64,000 nucleotides of DNA from Clostridia bacterium (lineage in GTDB: Bacteria > Bacillota > Clostridia > RGIG6154), in assembly GCA_017409875.1 (NCBI GenBank), contig JAFQRW010000008.1:38920-102919 (forward strand), written 5' to 3'. The notes beneath the pieces are model-generated. The model had not been told where the DNA came from. It searched no databases and worked only from the letters and a program-made list of their open reading frames with translations. Shown here piece after piece: positions 28,895-38,414 of the stretch (position 1 is its first letter; each line of letters opens with the position of its first letter). A program made the position numbers and the translations under genes.

Positions 28895-29545
28895 ATGAAA
28901 GCTTTGGGAATGATTGAAGTTTATAGCTTTACCACTGCCGTATGTGTGGGTGATGTTGCGGCAAAAGCGGCCGATGTTAAAGTTATTGCTTTTGACAGAA
29001 ACAGACCTATTTCGCCTGACGTTCCGGCACCTGTTGTTATGATTGTTAAAATCGAAGGTGAGGTTGCAGCAGTTAAAGCGGCGGTGGACGCAGGTGTTAG
29101 TTATGCAAAAGGACAGGGTAAATATATTGTATCTCATATAATAGCGCGCCCTGACGAAGATACTGAAAATATGGCCTATCTTATAGATATCAACAAAGAT
29201 AAGTATAATAAGAAATTTCCTAAAACATTTAAAGGCGTTGAAGCTTCAGCACCTGAAACCAAAGGCGCAATCGGACTTTTGGAGGTTGAAGGCCTTGTTG
29301 CCTCAATCGAGGGATTAGATACAATGTTAAAGGCTGCCGAAGTCAGATTGGTACATACCGAAAAAAGACTTGGCGGAAGACTTGTAACTTACATTATAAC
29401 AGGAAATGTTTCTGCAGTTAAAGCCGCTGTTGAAGCAGGTTATAAAGGTGCAAAAGTGTTGGGAAGGATTTTTGGTAATGAGGTAATTGCAAACCCTCAT
29501 AACGAGATACTTAAGTTTTTTGATATGGAAAGCACTATTTCATAA
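28895..29545 (+). CDS. BMC-T tandem-domain shell protein
   Basis: Two BMC domains (MKALGMIEVYSF..., GAIGLLEVEGL...). Start set at ATG 28895; the ORF-track extension overlaps pduP. Confidence 0.75.
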   Translation: MKALGMIEVYSFTTAVCVGDVAAKAADVKVIAFDRNRPISPDVPAPVVMIVKIEGEVAAVKAAVDAGVSYAKGQGKYIVSHIIARPDEDTENMAYLIDINKDKYNKKFPKTFKGVEASAPETKGAIGLLEVEGLVASIEGLDTMLKAAEVRLVHTEKRLGGRLVTYIITGNVSAVKAAVEAGYKGAKVLGRIFGNEVIANPHNEILKFFDMESTIS

Positions 29546-29557
29546 AGGAAGATTTTA

Positions 29558-30214
29558 ATGGATACAAAAATTATTGAAGATGCAGTTTTAAAGGTAATAA
29601 ATGAATATAATAAAGATGCAAACGGCGAGATAAAGGTGGGCGTTTCCCAAAGGCATATTCACCTTTCCAGACAAGACCTTGATATTTTGTTTGGCAAAGG
29701 TTATGAGCTTACTAAAAAGAAAACCTTGATGGGACGAGAATATGCTTCAGAAGAAACCGTTACTTTGGTTGGCCCGTCACTTAAATCTATCGAAAAAGTT
29801 CGTGTTTTGGGACCTGTAAGAAAAGATACTCAGGTCGAAATTTCAAGAACCGATACTTTTATATTAAAAGTAAGTCCCCCTGTACGTCCGTCAGGTCAGA
29901 TTGAAGGGTCTGAAAAGGTTGTTGTTGTAGGTCCTAAGGGCAGTGTGTACTTAAAACAAGGGGTTATTATTGCTAACCGACACATTCATCTTACACCGGC
30001 TTATGCTGAGCGCCACAATATTAAAGACGGCGACTATGTTGATGTTATGGTTGAGGGCATTAAACCTACAAAGTTTTTTGATGTGCAGGTGCGTGTAAGA
30101 GACGATTTTAATGTTGAAATGCATATTGATACAGATGATGCAAACTCAGCAGGTATAAAAAACGGCAGCATTGTAAAAATTGTCAGAAAATGCGAAAAAT
30201 GCAGTAATAGATAG
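29558..30214 (+). CDS. pduL: Phosphate propanoyl/acyltransferase PduL
   Basis: Duplicated PduL motifs (GVSQRHIHL..., IANRHIHLTP). N-terminal IIEDAVLKVINEY helix. Confidence 0.85.
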   Translation: MDTKIIEDAVLKVINEYNKDANGEIKVGVSQRHIHLSRQDLDILFGKGYELTKKKTLMGREYASEETVTLVGPSLKSIEKVRVLGPVRKDTQVEISRTDTFILKVSPPVRPSGQIEGSEKVVVVGPKGSVYLKQGVIIANRHIHLTPAYAERHNIKDGDYVDVMVEGIKPTKFFDVQVRVRDDFNVEMHIDTDDANSAGIKNGSIVKIVRKCEKCSNR

Positions 30215-30228
30215 ATTTATGGGGTGAT

Positions 30229-30993
30229 GTGATGTTCGCATTAGAACGTCAGAAAAAGATTTTAGAGCTTTTGTCGCAAGACGGTGCAGTGTTTGTTACA
30301 AAATTAAGCGTAGAGCTTGGTGTTACTGAAGAAACCGTGCGTCGTGACTTGGAAAAGCTTGAAAAGCAGGAGGCTTTGGTAAGAACTCACGGCGGTGCAA
30401 TGCCGATTGTTGATTCTAATCGAGAGCTTTCTTTAGAAAAAAGAAAAAATATTAATGTCGACGCGAAAATACGTCTGGCAAAAGAAGCGATTAATTATAT
30501 TGTATCAGGCGATACGGTGTTTTTAGATGCTTCAACCACCACGTTTTATATTGCTAAAGAACTTAAAAACATGAAAAATGTTACCATTGTAACAAACTCT
30601 ATAAGAGTTATTAATGAGCTTGCAGGTAACCCTAATTTGAATGTTATAGCAATCGGCGGATATGCAAGTGATAATCAGTCGCTTGTTGGAAGCATTGCAC
30701 AAAACGACATCGCAAACAACTATTTTGCCAACAAAATGTTTTTCTCAAGCCGTGGAATGACTGAGAGCGTTGGGATTTTGGAAAGCAACGAACAGGAATG
30801 CGGCATAAAACAGGCAATGATGAAAAATTCCGAGAAAAAATATTACGTATGCGACCACTCAAAAATTGGCAGAGTTGGCTTTGCAAAGCTTGCTCAGTTT
30901 ACAGATGTTGACTATGTGATTGTAGAAGGCCCTTTGGAAGAATCATTTAAAAAAGTATTTGAAGATATTGACACAAAGCTTGTTGAAATATAA
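30229..30993 (+). CDS. DeoR/GlpR-family transcriptional regulator (HTH + sugar-phosphate sensor domain)
   Basis: N-terminal RQKKILELLSQDGAVFVTKLSVELGVTEETVRRDL HTH and a C-terminal DeoR sensor domain. Confidence 0.8.
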   Translation: MMFALERQKKILELLSQDGAVFVTKLSVELGVTEETVRRDLEKLEKQEALVRTHGGAMPIVDSNRELSLEKRKNINVDAKIRLAKEAINYIVSGDTVFLDASTTTFYIAKELKNMKNVTIVTNSIRVINELAGNPNLNVIAIGGYASDNQSLVGSIAQNDIANNYFANKMFFSSRGMTESVGILESNEQECGIKQAMMKNSEKKYYVCDHSKIGRVGFAKLAQFTDVDYVIVEGPLEESFKKVFEDIDTKLVEI

Positions 30994-31004
30994 TTTGTAT
31001 ACAT

Positions 31005-31037
31005 AAAAGCACATATCGTACAGATATGTGCTTTTTA
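31005..31037. terminator. Bidirectional rho-independent terminator between deoR-like (+) and rodA-like (-)
   Basis: aaaagcacatatc-gtaca-gatatgtgctttt with A/T tracts on both sides. Confidence 0.7.
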
Positions 31038-32123
31038 TTAAATATAATCTTTTCTTTTAAGTACGCTTAAGGCTACCCCGATTGAAATAAAAGTTGTAAG
31101 AATTGATGAACCACCGTAGCTGAAAAACGGAAGCGGTATACCTGTTACAGGCATTATTCCAATGCACATTCCGATGTTTTCAAAGCTTTGAAAAATAAGC
31201 ATTGCCGCAATCCCTGCTAAAATATATGACCCCGATTTCTTTTTTACATCAGCTGCATTTTTAACAAGAATAAAAATGATTGTTGAAAGCAAAGCTATTA
31301 TCAAAAGACTTCCTAAAAAACCAAGCTCTTCGCCTGCAACTGCAAAGATAAAGTCTGTATGCTTTCCGGGCAGAAAGTCCATCTGTATTTGAGTTCCTTT
31401 GAAAAGGCCTTTTCCGAACAACATACCAGACCCTACGGCAAGCTTTGACTGAATTACATTGTATCCTGCACCGGTGGGACTAAGCTCAGGATTTAAGAAT
31501 ACTAAAATTCTGTTTTTCTGAAATTCGTCCAAAAACATCCATATAAATGGTGCAGACGCTAAAAATGCACAGCCCGCAATCACAAAGTATCTTAGTTTAA
31601 GCCCTGCAAAAAACAACATAATTATTGTTATAAAAATGAATACCATAGCTGTCCCGTAGTCGGGCTGGAGCAAGATAAGTGATAGAGGAACGGCCAAGTG
31701 AAGAATTAAAAGAGCAATGTTTTTAAAACTGTTGATTTTGTCTGAAACAGAATTTAAATGTGCAGAAAAAGTTATTATAAAGCCTATTTTAGCAAATTCT
31801 GATGGTTGAATATTGACAGGACCTAACGAAATCCAACCGTTTGTACCGGTTTCCTGTCTGCCCGTTCCGATGACAAGAACCAAGATTAAAAGTGCAGTGT
31901 ATGCTATAAATATTATTTTGTTAAGCTCAAGTAAAATTTCAAAGTCCAGCGCTTTTAATATCAGCATTATTACGATGCCGATTATAATTGCAGCACATTG
32001 CACGATAATGTTTGAAATACTGCCGCTTGAATAAGTGGCACTTGCAATCAAAACAAGACCGTAAATGCTGGAAATAATACTTAGGGCAGTTAAGGTTGAT
32101 GCCTGCTTGTTTTTTTTCTGCAT
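31038..32123 (-). CDS. FtsW/RodA/SpoVE-family peptidoglycan glycosyltransferase (SEDS)
   Basis: About 10 TM segments. Conserved SEDS motifs (PSEF.K, GGSS near the C-terminus). Confidence 0.8.
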   Translation of the reverse strand: MQKKNKQASTLTALSIISSIYGLVLIASATYSSGSISNIIVQCAAIIIGIVIMLILKALDFEILLELNKIIFIAYTALLILVLVIGTGRQETGTNGWISLGPVNIQPSEFAKIGFIITFSAHLNSVSDKINSFKNIALLILHLAVPLSLILLQPDYGTAMVFIFITIIMLFFAGLKLRYFVIAGCAFLASAPFIWMFLDEFQKNRILVFLNPELSPTGAGYNVIQSKLAVGSGMLFGKGLFKGTQIQMDFLPGKHTDFIFAVAGEELGFLGSLLIIALLSTIIFILVKNAADVKKKSGSYILAGIAAMLIFQSFENIGMCIGIMPVTGIPLPFFSYGGSSILTTFISIGVALSVLKRKDYI

Positions 32124-32277
32124 ATAAAAACTCCTACTAAAATATTTGCAATTTAATTATAAATTACACAAACCTAAAAGTAAAGAGTTTTTTGCTAAAA
32201 ATTATGGACAAACACTATAAAATATGGTAAAATAAAGATTATTATAATTATGTATAAAAGTAGGGAGATGAATCATT

Positions 32278-33927
32278 ATGGATTATGAAAAATTAGCAGA
32301 CCTTATTTTGCCCGAAATTGACAAAACCATAGAAGATTATGAAGCTATATATCCTAAAAGAGAACTAAAAGAGGGCGCAGTGGTTACCCGTTTTGCACCG
32401 TCACCCACAGGCTTTTTGCATATAGGCGGACTTTTTTCTGCGCTTATTTCTGAAAGAACTGCCCACCAAAGCGGCGGAAAATTTATTTTAAGAATTGAAG
32501 ACACTGATAAAAAACGCGAGGTTGAAAACGGTATTGAGAAGATTTTAGAGGGCCTTTGTGAATTTGGCATTAAAATAGATGAAGGCGTTGTTGCAGAGGA
32601 TGAGGAAATTGGAAATTACGGGCCTTATACTCAAAGCAAACGAGGCGCAATTTACGGTGCATTTGCAAAAGAGCTTGTGAAAAAAGGTTTGGCATATCCT
32701 TGCTTTTGCACAGAAGAAGAGATTGCTGGGATCAGGCAAAATCAGGAAAGCCAAAAGCTTTTACCCGGATACTACGGCGAATTTGCAAAGTGCAGAAACC
32801 TTTCTTACGAACAGATTGAGGAAAATGTAAAAAAAGGAATGCCTTTTGTTTTAAGGCTTAAATCACCGGGTAATGCCGAAAGAAAAGTTTCTTTTAAAGA
32901 CGGTATACGCGGCAAAATAGAAATGCCTGAAAATATTGTAGATGTCGTAATTTTAAAGTCTGACAAAATTCCGACATACCATTTTGCACATGTTGTTGAT
33001 GATTATTTAATGGGCACAACATACGTTATAAGAGGCGATGAATGGATATCTTCCGTGCCGATACATTTGCAGCTTTTTTATTGTCTTGGATTAAAACCGC
33101 CTAAATATGCGCATATTGCACCTATTATGAAAGAAGACGGCGGCGGAAAAAGAAAAATTTCAAAAAGAAAAGACCCGGAAGCGGCAGTATCTTTTTATAC
33201 AGAAGAAGGTTTCCCTGTTGATGGAGTTATGGAATATCTTTTAAACTTGGCAAACTATAATTTTGAAGATTTTAAACGTGCCAATAAAAATGCTCATTGG
33301 ACAGAGTTTAAACTTGAAATGAGCAAGATGAGCAATTCGGGCGGACTTTTTGATATGGTAAAATTAAACGATATATGCAAAAATGTTATCGCTTCAATGA
33401 CCAAAGAAAAAGTTTATGAAAAAGCGGTGGAATGGGCGAAGATGTTCGACGAAGAATTATATGGGCTTTTAACACGCGACAAAGCTTATTCAACCGAGAT
33501 GTTCGGCTTTGACAGAAATCCTGAAAAGCCAAGAAAAGACATTGCAAAGTGGTCTCAGGTAAGAGAAAGCTTTTCGTATATGTTTGACGAAATAAAGCAA
33601 AACGGATTTGAATATCCCGAAAACATTGATAAAGCTGATATGAAGGTTATTGCCCAAAAATACAAAGAAATTTATGACGAAAATGATGATAAAGACAGCT
33701 GGTTCAATAAATTCAAAGATTTGGCAGTTCAAATTGGCTTTGCAAGAGAAGTAAAAGAGTATAAGGCAAATCCTGAAAACTACAAAGGCCATGTAGGCGA
33801 CATAAGCTCAGTTATAAGAGTTGCGGTTACAGGCAGAATGAAGTCCCCTGACCTGCACGGCGTTTTAAAAACTTTAGGAAAAGAAAAAGTGCTAAAAAGG
33901 ATTGATGAATTTATAGAAAGTCTTTAA
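32278..33927 (+). CDS. gltX: Glutamate--tRNA ligase
   Basis: HIGG-type class I motif ([14 protein letters not shown]) and KISKR. Long C-terminal extension (549 aa). Confidence 0.85.
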   Translation: MDYEKLADLILPEIDKTIEDYEAIYPKRELKEGAVVTRFAPSPTGFLHIGGLFSALISERTAHQSGGKFILRIEDTDKKREVENGIEKILEGLCEFGIKIDEGVVAEDEEIGNYGPYTQSKRGAIYGAFAKELVKKGLAYPCFCTEEEIAGIRQNQESQKLLPGYYGEFAKCRNLSYEQIEENVKKGMPFVLRLKSPGNAERKVSFKDGIRGKIEMPENIVDVVILKSDKIPTYHFAHVVDDYLMGTTYVIRGDEWISSVPIHLQLFYCLGLKPPKYAHIAPIMKEDGGGKRKISKRKDPEAAVSFYTEEGFPVDGVMEYLLNLANYNFEDFKRANKNAHWTEFKLEMSKMSNSGGLFDMVKLNDICKNVIASMTKEKVYEKAVEWAKMFDEELYGLLTRDKAYSTEMFGFDRNPEKPRKDIAKWSQVRESFSYMFDEIKQNGFEYPENIDKADMKVIAQKYKEIYDENDDKDSWFNKFKDLAVQIGFAREVKEYKANPENYKGHVGDISSVIRVAVTGRMKSPDLHGVLKTLGKEKVLKRIDEFIESL

Positions 33928-33943
33928 AGAAACGGAGATTTTT

Positions 33944-35593
33944 ATGGAAAATATTTCTAATTTTATTCATGACGCAATAGACAAAGATTTAGAGGAAAAA
34001 GTGTATGACAAAGTTCAGACCAGATTTCCGCCAGAGCCTAACGGATATTTGCATATTGGGCATGTTAAAGCAATTAATATTGATTTTTCAACAGCTAAAA
34101 AGTACGGTGGCAAGTGTAATTTAAGACTTGATGATACCAATCCTACCAAGGAAGACACCGAGTATGTTGATGCAATTATGGAAGATATCAAATGGCTTGG
34201 ATTTGACTGGGATAACGTGTACTATGCATCAGACTATTTTCCGATTATTTACGATTGTGCTGTTAAGCTTATAAAAAAGGGTAAGGCTTTTGTTTGCGAC
34301 TTAACTCCCGACGAAATGAGAGAGTACAGAGGAACTTTAACTCAGCCCGGTAAAGAAAGCCCCTATAGAAACCGTTCTGTTGAGGAAAATCTTGATTTGT
34401 TCCAAAGAATGACAAATGGCGAGTTTGAAACAGGCTCTAAGGTGCTTCGTGCTAAAATTGATATGGCATCAGGGAACCTTAATATGCGTGACCCTATTAT
34501 CTACAGAGTGTTAAAAGCAACACACCACAGAACAGGCGATAAATGGTGCGTTTATCCGATGTACGATTTTGCACACCCCATTTCAGACGCTGCAGAAGGT
34601 GTTACACATTCACTTTGCTCTTTAGAGTTTGAAGACCACAGACCTCTTTATGACTGGGTTTTAAAAGAGTGTGAGTTTGAAGTGCCGTCAAGACAGATTG
34701 AGTTTGCAAGACTTAATTTAACAAATACATTAACAAGTAAAAGAAAGTGCAAAAAACTTGTGGATGACGGTATTGTTGATGGCTGGGATGACCCGAGAAT
34801 GTCAACAATTTCTGCCATGAGAAGAAGAGGATATCCGGCAGAAGCTATGATTGATTTTGCTAACCGTATCGGTGTCGCAAAGGCATTTAGTGTAGTGGAC
34901 TACGCGCTTTTGGAGCATTGTGTAAGAGAAAATTTAAACTTAAATGCACCTCGTGCTATGGCAGTTTTAAGACCGCTTAAAGTTACAATCGAAAACTATC
35001 CTGACGGCACAAGCGAACCTATTGAGGTTGATATTAATCCTAATGATGAATCGGCAGGCAAAAAGACAGTGACATTTTCAAAAAATATTTATATCGAACA
35101 AGATGACTTTATGGAAGTGCCTGTTAAAGGATATAAGCGTCTTACACCTGATAATGAGGTAAGACTTAAAGGCGCGTATTTTGTTAAGGTTAAAGAAATT
35201 GTTAAAGATGAAAACGGAGAAGTCAAGGAACTCATTTGTACTTATGACCCTGAATCCAAAGGCGGAAATTCACCTGACGGCAGAAAGGTTAAAGGTACAA
35301 TACAGTGGGTTGATGCTACTAACTGCTTAACTGCTCAGGTTAATATGTATGATAAGCTTTTTATGACTTCAAACCCCGGTGAATTGGAAGACTATTTGGA
35401 TAACTTAAACCCCGAGTCGCTTAAAGTTTTAACAGACTGCAAAATGGATAAAGACCTTGAGAATGCGAACGTTGGGGAAAGCTTCCAGTTTATGCGAAAC
35501 GGATATTTTACAGTAGATAAAAATTCTACCTCAGACAAAAAAATATTCAACTTAACTGTAACACTTAAAGATTCATACAAGCCTACAGTATAA
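33944..35593 (+). CDS. glnS: Glutamine--tRNA ligase
   Basis: [18 protein letters not shown] motif, GlnRS-like. Confidence 0.85.
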   Translation: MENISNFIHDAIDKDLEEKVYDKVQTRFPPEPNGYLHIGHVKAINIDFSTAKKYGGKCNLRLDDTNPTKEDTEYVDAIMEDIKWLGFDWDNVYYASDYFPIIYDCAVKLIKKGKAFVCDLTPDEMREYRGTLTQPGKESPYRNRSVEENLDLFQRMTNGEFETGSKVLRAKIDMASGNLNMRDPIIYRVLKATHHRTGDKWCVYPMYDFAHPISDAAEGVTHSLCSLEFEDHRPLYDWVLKECEFEVPSRQIEFARLNLTNTLTSKRKCKKLVDDGIVDGWDDPRMSTISAMRRRGYPAEAMIDFANRIGVAKAFSVVDYALLEHCVRENLNLNAPRAMAVLRPLKVTIENYPDGTSEPIEVDINPNDESAGKKTVTFSKNIYIEQDDFMEVPVKGYKRLTPDNEVRLKGAYFVKVKEIVKDENGEVKELICTYDPESKGGNSPDGRKVKGTIQWVDATNCLTAQVNMYDKLFMTSNPGELEDYLDNLNPESLKVLTDCKMDKDLENANVGESFQFMRNGYFTVDKNSTSDKKIFNLTVTLKDSYKPTV

Positions 35594-35617
35594 GTTTTTT
35601 CGAAAGGATAAGATAAA

Positions 35618-37552
35618 ATGGGAGAAAAATTTTATATAACAACTGCCATTGCATACACTTCACGTAAGCCGCACATCGGAAACACCTACGAGATTGTATT
35701 AACAGATGCCATTGCCCGCTTTAAAAAGCAGCAGGGCTTTGATGTGTACTTTTTAACAGGAACAGATGAGCATGGAATTAAAATTCAGGAAATTGCTGAA
35801 AGCGCAGGAATTTCACCAAAAGAATATGTAGACGGTGTTGCAGGCGAAATCAAAGCTATCTGGGATTTGATGAATACAAGCTATGATAAGTTTATCAGAA
35901 CCACAGATGAGTATCATGTAAAACAGGTACAGAAGATTTTCAAAAAATTCTACGACCAGGGAGATATTTATAAGGGTGAATACGAGGGAATGTATTGTGT
36001 TCCCTGCGAAACTTTTTATACAGAAAGTCAGCTTGTAGACGGTAAATGCCCTGATTGCGGCAGAGAAGTAAAACCTGCCAAAGAAGAAGCATATTTCTTT
36101 AAAATGAGCAAATATCAGGATAAACTTATGGAATATATTGAGCAAAACCCTGATTTTATTCAGCCTGAATCAAGAAAAAGAGAAATGATTAATAATTTCT
36201 TAAAACCGGGGCTTCAGGATTTGTGTGTTTCAAGAACTTCATTTACATGGGGTGTGCCTGTTGAATTTGATCCGGGTCATGTTATCTATGTCTGGATAGA
36301 TGCACTTTCAAATTATATCACAGCACTCGGTTATGACGATGAAAACCCTTCTGAACTTTTTAAAAAGAACTGGCCGGCAGATGTTCACGTTATTGGAAAA
36401 GATATTTTAAGATTTCATACAATTTACTGGCCGATTATGCTTATGGCATTAGGTCTCCCGCTTCCTAAAAAAGTTTTCGGACATCCGTGGCTTTTGTTTG
36501 GAAATGACAAAATGAGCAAATCAAAAGGCAACGTTATATATGCAGATGATTTGGTTGAGCTTTTTGGTGTTGATGCGGTAAGATTCTATCTTTTGTCAGA
36601 AATGCCTTATGCAAATGACGGAAGCATTACTTATGAGAACATCATAGCAAGATATAATTCAGAGCTTGCAAATGTTTTAGGTAATCTCGTTAATCGTACT
36701 GTTGCAATGACTCATAAATATTTTGACGGCGTGGTTAAAGAGCCTTCAGAAAAAGAAGCGGTTGATGATGAGCTTATTAGTCAGGCAAAAGAGACAGTTA
36801 AAAACGCTATAGCAAAAATGGAAGAATATAAAACAAGCGATGCAATAGAGCAAATATGGAATCTTTTGAAAAGAAGCAATAAATATATTGACGAAACCAC
36901 TCCTTGGAACTTAGCAAAAGATGAAAGCAAGAGCAAAAGACTTGGTACAGTGCTTTATAATTTGATTGAGGCAATCAGGATTGCTGCAGTGCTCTTAACT
37001 CCGTTTATGCCTGAAACTGCAGAAAAAATTGCAAATCAGATAAATGCAGGCGATTTGTCATTTGACAGCATAAAGGAATTCGGCGGATATAAAGCAGGCA
37101 CACAGACAAATGAAGCTGTTCCTTTGTTTGCAAGACTTGACGAGGAAAAAACTTTAGAAAAAATCGAAAAATTCCTTGAAAAGTATAATGAGTCTGAAGA
37201 AAAATTCGAACCTTTTAAAGAAGAAATCGAATTTGAGGATTTTGAAAAATGCGATTTAAGAGTAGCAAAGGTGTTAGAGTGTGAAGAAGTTCCTAAAGCT
37301 AACAAGCTTTTGAAATTCAAGCTCAAGGTAGGAAATGAAGAAAGAATTATTCTTTCAGGAATTAAAAAGTATTATAAGCCTGAAGATTTGGTTGGCAAAA
37401 ACGTTTTGATAATTGCTAATCTAAAACCCAGAAAAATTATGGGTATTGAATCTAAAGGTATGATACTTTCGGCTGTTGATGATAATGAGGATTTGCTTTC
37501 AGTAACCACAACGTTAGACGGCCAGTTTAAGGCAGGCACAATAGTTTGCTGA
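35618..37552 (+). CDS. metG: Methionine--tRNA ligase (with C-terminal tRNA-binding EMAP domain)
   Basis: HIGN-type motif PHIGNTY, KMSKS and Zn knuckles CVPC..CPDC. C-terminal OB-fold domain. Confidence 0.9.
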   Translation: MGEKFYITTAIAYTSRKPHIGNTYEIVLTDAIARFKKQQGFDVYFLTGTDEHGIKIQEIAESAGISPKEYVDGVAGEIKAIWDLMNTSYDKFIRTTDEYHVKQVQKIFKKFYDQGDIYKGEYEGMYCVPCETFYTESQLVDGKCPDCGREVKPAKEEAYFFKMSKYQDKLMEYIEQNPDFIQPESRKREMINNFLKPGLQDLCVSRTSFTWGVPVEFDPGHVIYVWIDALSNYITALGYDDENPSELFKKNWPADVHVIGKDILRFHTIYWPIMLMALGLPLPKKVFGHPWLLFGNDKMSKSKGNVIYADDLVELFGVDAVRFYLLSEMPYANDGSITYENIIARYNSELANVLGNLVNRTVAMTHKYFDGVVKEPSEKEAVDDELISQAKETVKNAIAKMEEYKTSDAIEQIWNLLKRSNKYIDETTPWNLAKDESKSKRLGTVLYNLIEAIRIAAVLLTPFMPETAEKIANQINAGDLSFDSIKEFGGYKAGTQTNEAVPLFARLDEEKTLEKIEKFLEKYNESEEKFEPFKEEIEFEDFEKCDLRVAKVLECEEVPKANKLLKFKLKVGNEERIILSGIKKYYKPEDLVGKNVLIIANLKPRKIMGIESKGMILSAVDDNEDLLSVTTTLDGQFKAGTIVC

Positions 37553-37561
37553 TTTAAGAAT

Positions 37562-37608
37562 AAACCTCCTTTTTTTTGGTTAACATACTAAAAAAAGGAG
37601 GTTTTTTT
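37562..37608 (+). terminator. Perfect 15-bp inverted repeat + T-tract (terminator of gltX-glnS-metG unit) whose 3' arm contains the rubrerythrin SD
   Basis: AAACCTCCTTTTTTT (37562-37576) and AAAAAAAGGAGGTTT (37590-37604), then TTTT, then ATG 37609. Confidence 0.7.
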
Positions 37609-38145
37609 ATGGAATTAAAAGGCTCTAAAACTGAGGCAAATTTAATGGCGGCATTTGCAGGCGAAACGCAGGCAAGAACTAAATATCATTATTACGCAGA
37701 AAAAGCGAGAGAAGATGGGTATGAACATATTGCAAAGATTTTTGAAGAAACTGCCGCAAACGAAAAAGCACACGCAAAAATCTGGTTTAAACTGATTAAA
37801 GGCGGAATGCCAACCACCTTGGACAATTTAAAAGACGGTGCGTCCGGCGAGGATTATGAGTGGTCTGAAATGTACAAAGAGTTTGAAAAAGTGGCAAAAG
37901 AAGAAGGGTTTGACAACATCGCAAGACTTTTTAAAGAGGTAGGAGAAATTGAAAAAACTCATCTTGACAGGTATAATCAGCTTATAAAAGATGTTGAAAC
38001 GGGCGAGGTGTTTCAAAAGCAAACTGAGGTTTCCTGGAGATGTAGCAATTGCGGATATATTCACTATGGTCAAAGCGCTCCGGATGTTTGCCCTGTGTGC
38101 GCGCATCCTAAAGCATATTTTGAGGTTAAAGCAGATAATTACTGA
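37609..38145 (+). CDS. rbr: Rubrerythrin
   Basis: Ferritin-like diiron E..H motifs and C-terminal rubredoxin CSNCG...CPVC. Start at ATG 37609 (MELKGSK), 8 nt after AAAGGAGG. Confidence 0.85.
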   Translation: MELKGSKTEANLMAAFAGETQARTKYHYYAEKAREDGYEHIAKIFEETAANEKAHAKIWFKLIKGGMPTTLDNLKDGASGEDYEWSEMYKEFEKVAKEEGFDNIARLFKEVGEIEKTHLDRYNQLIKDVETGEVFQKQTEVSWRCSNCGYIHYGQSAPDVCPVCAHPKAYFEVKADNY

Positions 38146-38185
38146 CTTTCAGAACAATTTTCCATTACTAAATACAATAAAAGGA

Positions 38186-38214
38186 AAAGCAGGCATTTTT
38201 ACCTGCTTTTTTTC
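38186..38214 (+). terminator. Rho-independent terminator after rubrerythrin
   Basis: gcagg-cattttta-cctgc followed by a T7 tract. Confidence 0.6.
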
Positions 38215-38246
38215 GTAAAAAATATAAGAAAATATGGCCTAAAAGG

Positions 38247-38275
38247 TTGAAATTTTTGCTCATATAGTATAAAAT
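38247..38275 (+). promoter_or_regulatory. Sigma-A-type promoter upstream of ddl (leaves ~135-nt leader)
   Basis: TTGAAA, 17-nt spacer, TAAAAT. Confidence 0.45.
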
Positions 38276-38414
38276 ATAATAATAGAATATAATGGATGCA
38301 TATTAAATTTTGTTTTGCAAAATTTATAAAAGCCTGTCGGCTTTCTGCGGTCAAATAACCGCTACATCCATTTACTCCTGGTATAATGGATAAAATTTGA
38401 TTTCCTGAAAGGAT

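Noticed and set aside
32124-32277. Searched the regions upstream of gltX, metG, argS and ddl for T-box leaders
   Set aside because: Intergenic spaces are too short (24-154 nt). No specifier-loop/T-box consensus (AATTAGGGTGGNACCGCG) seen.
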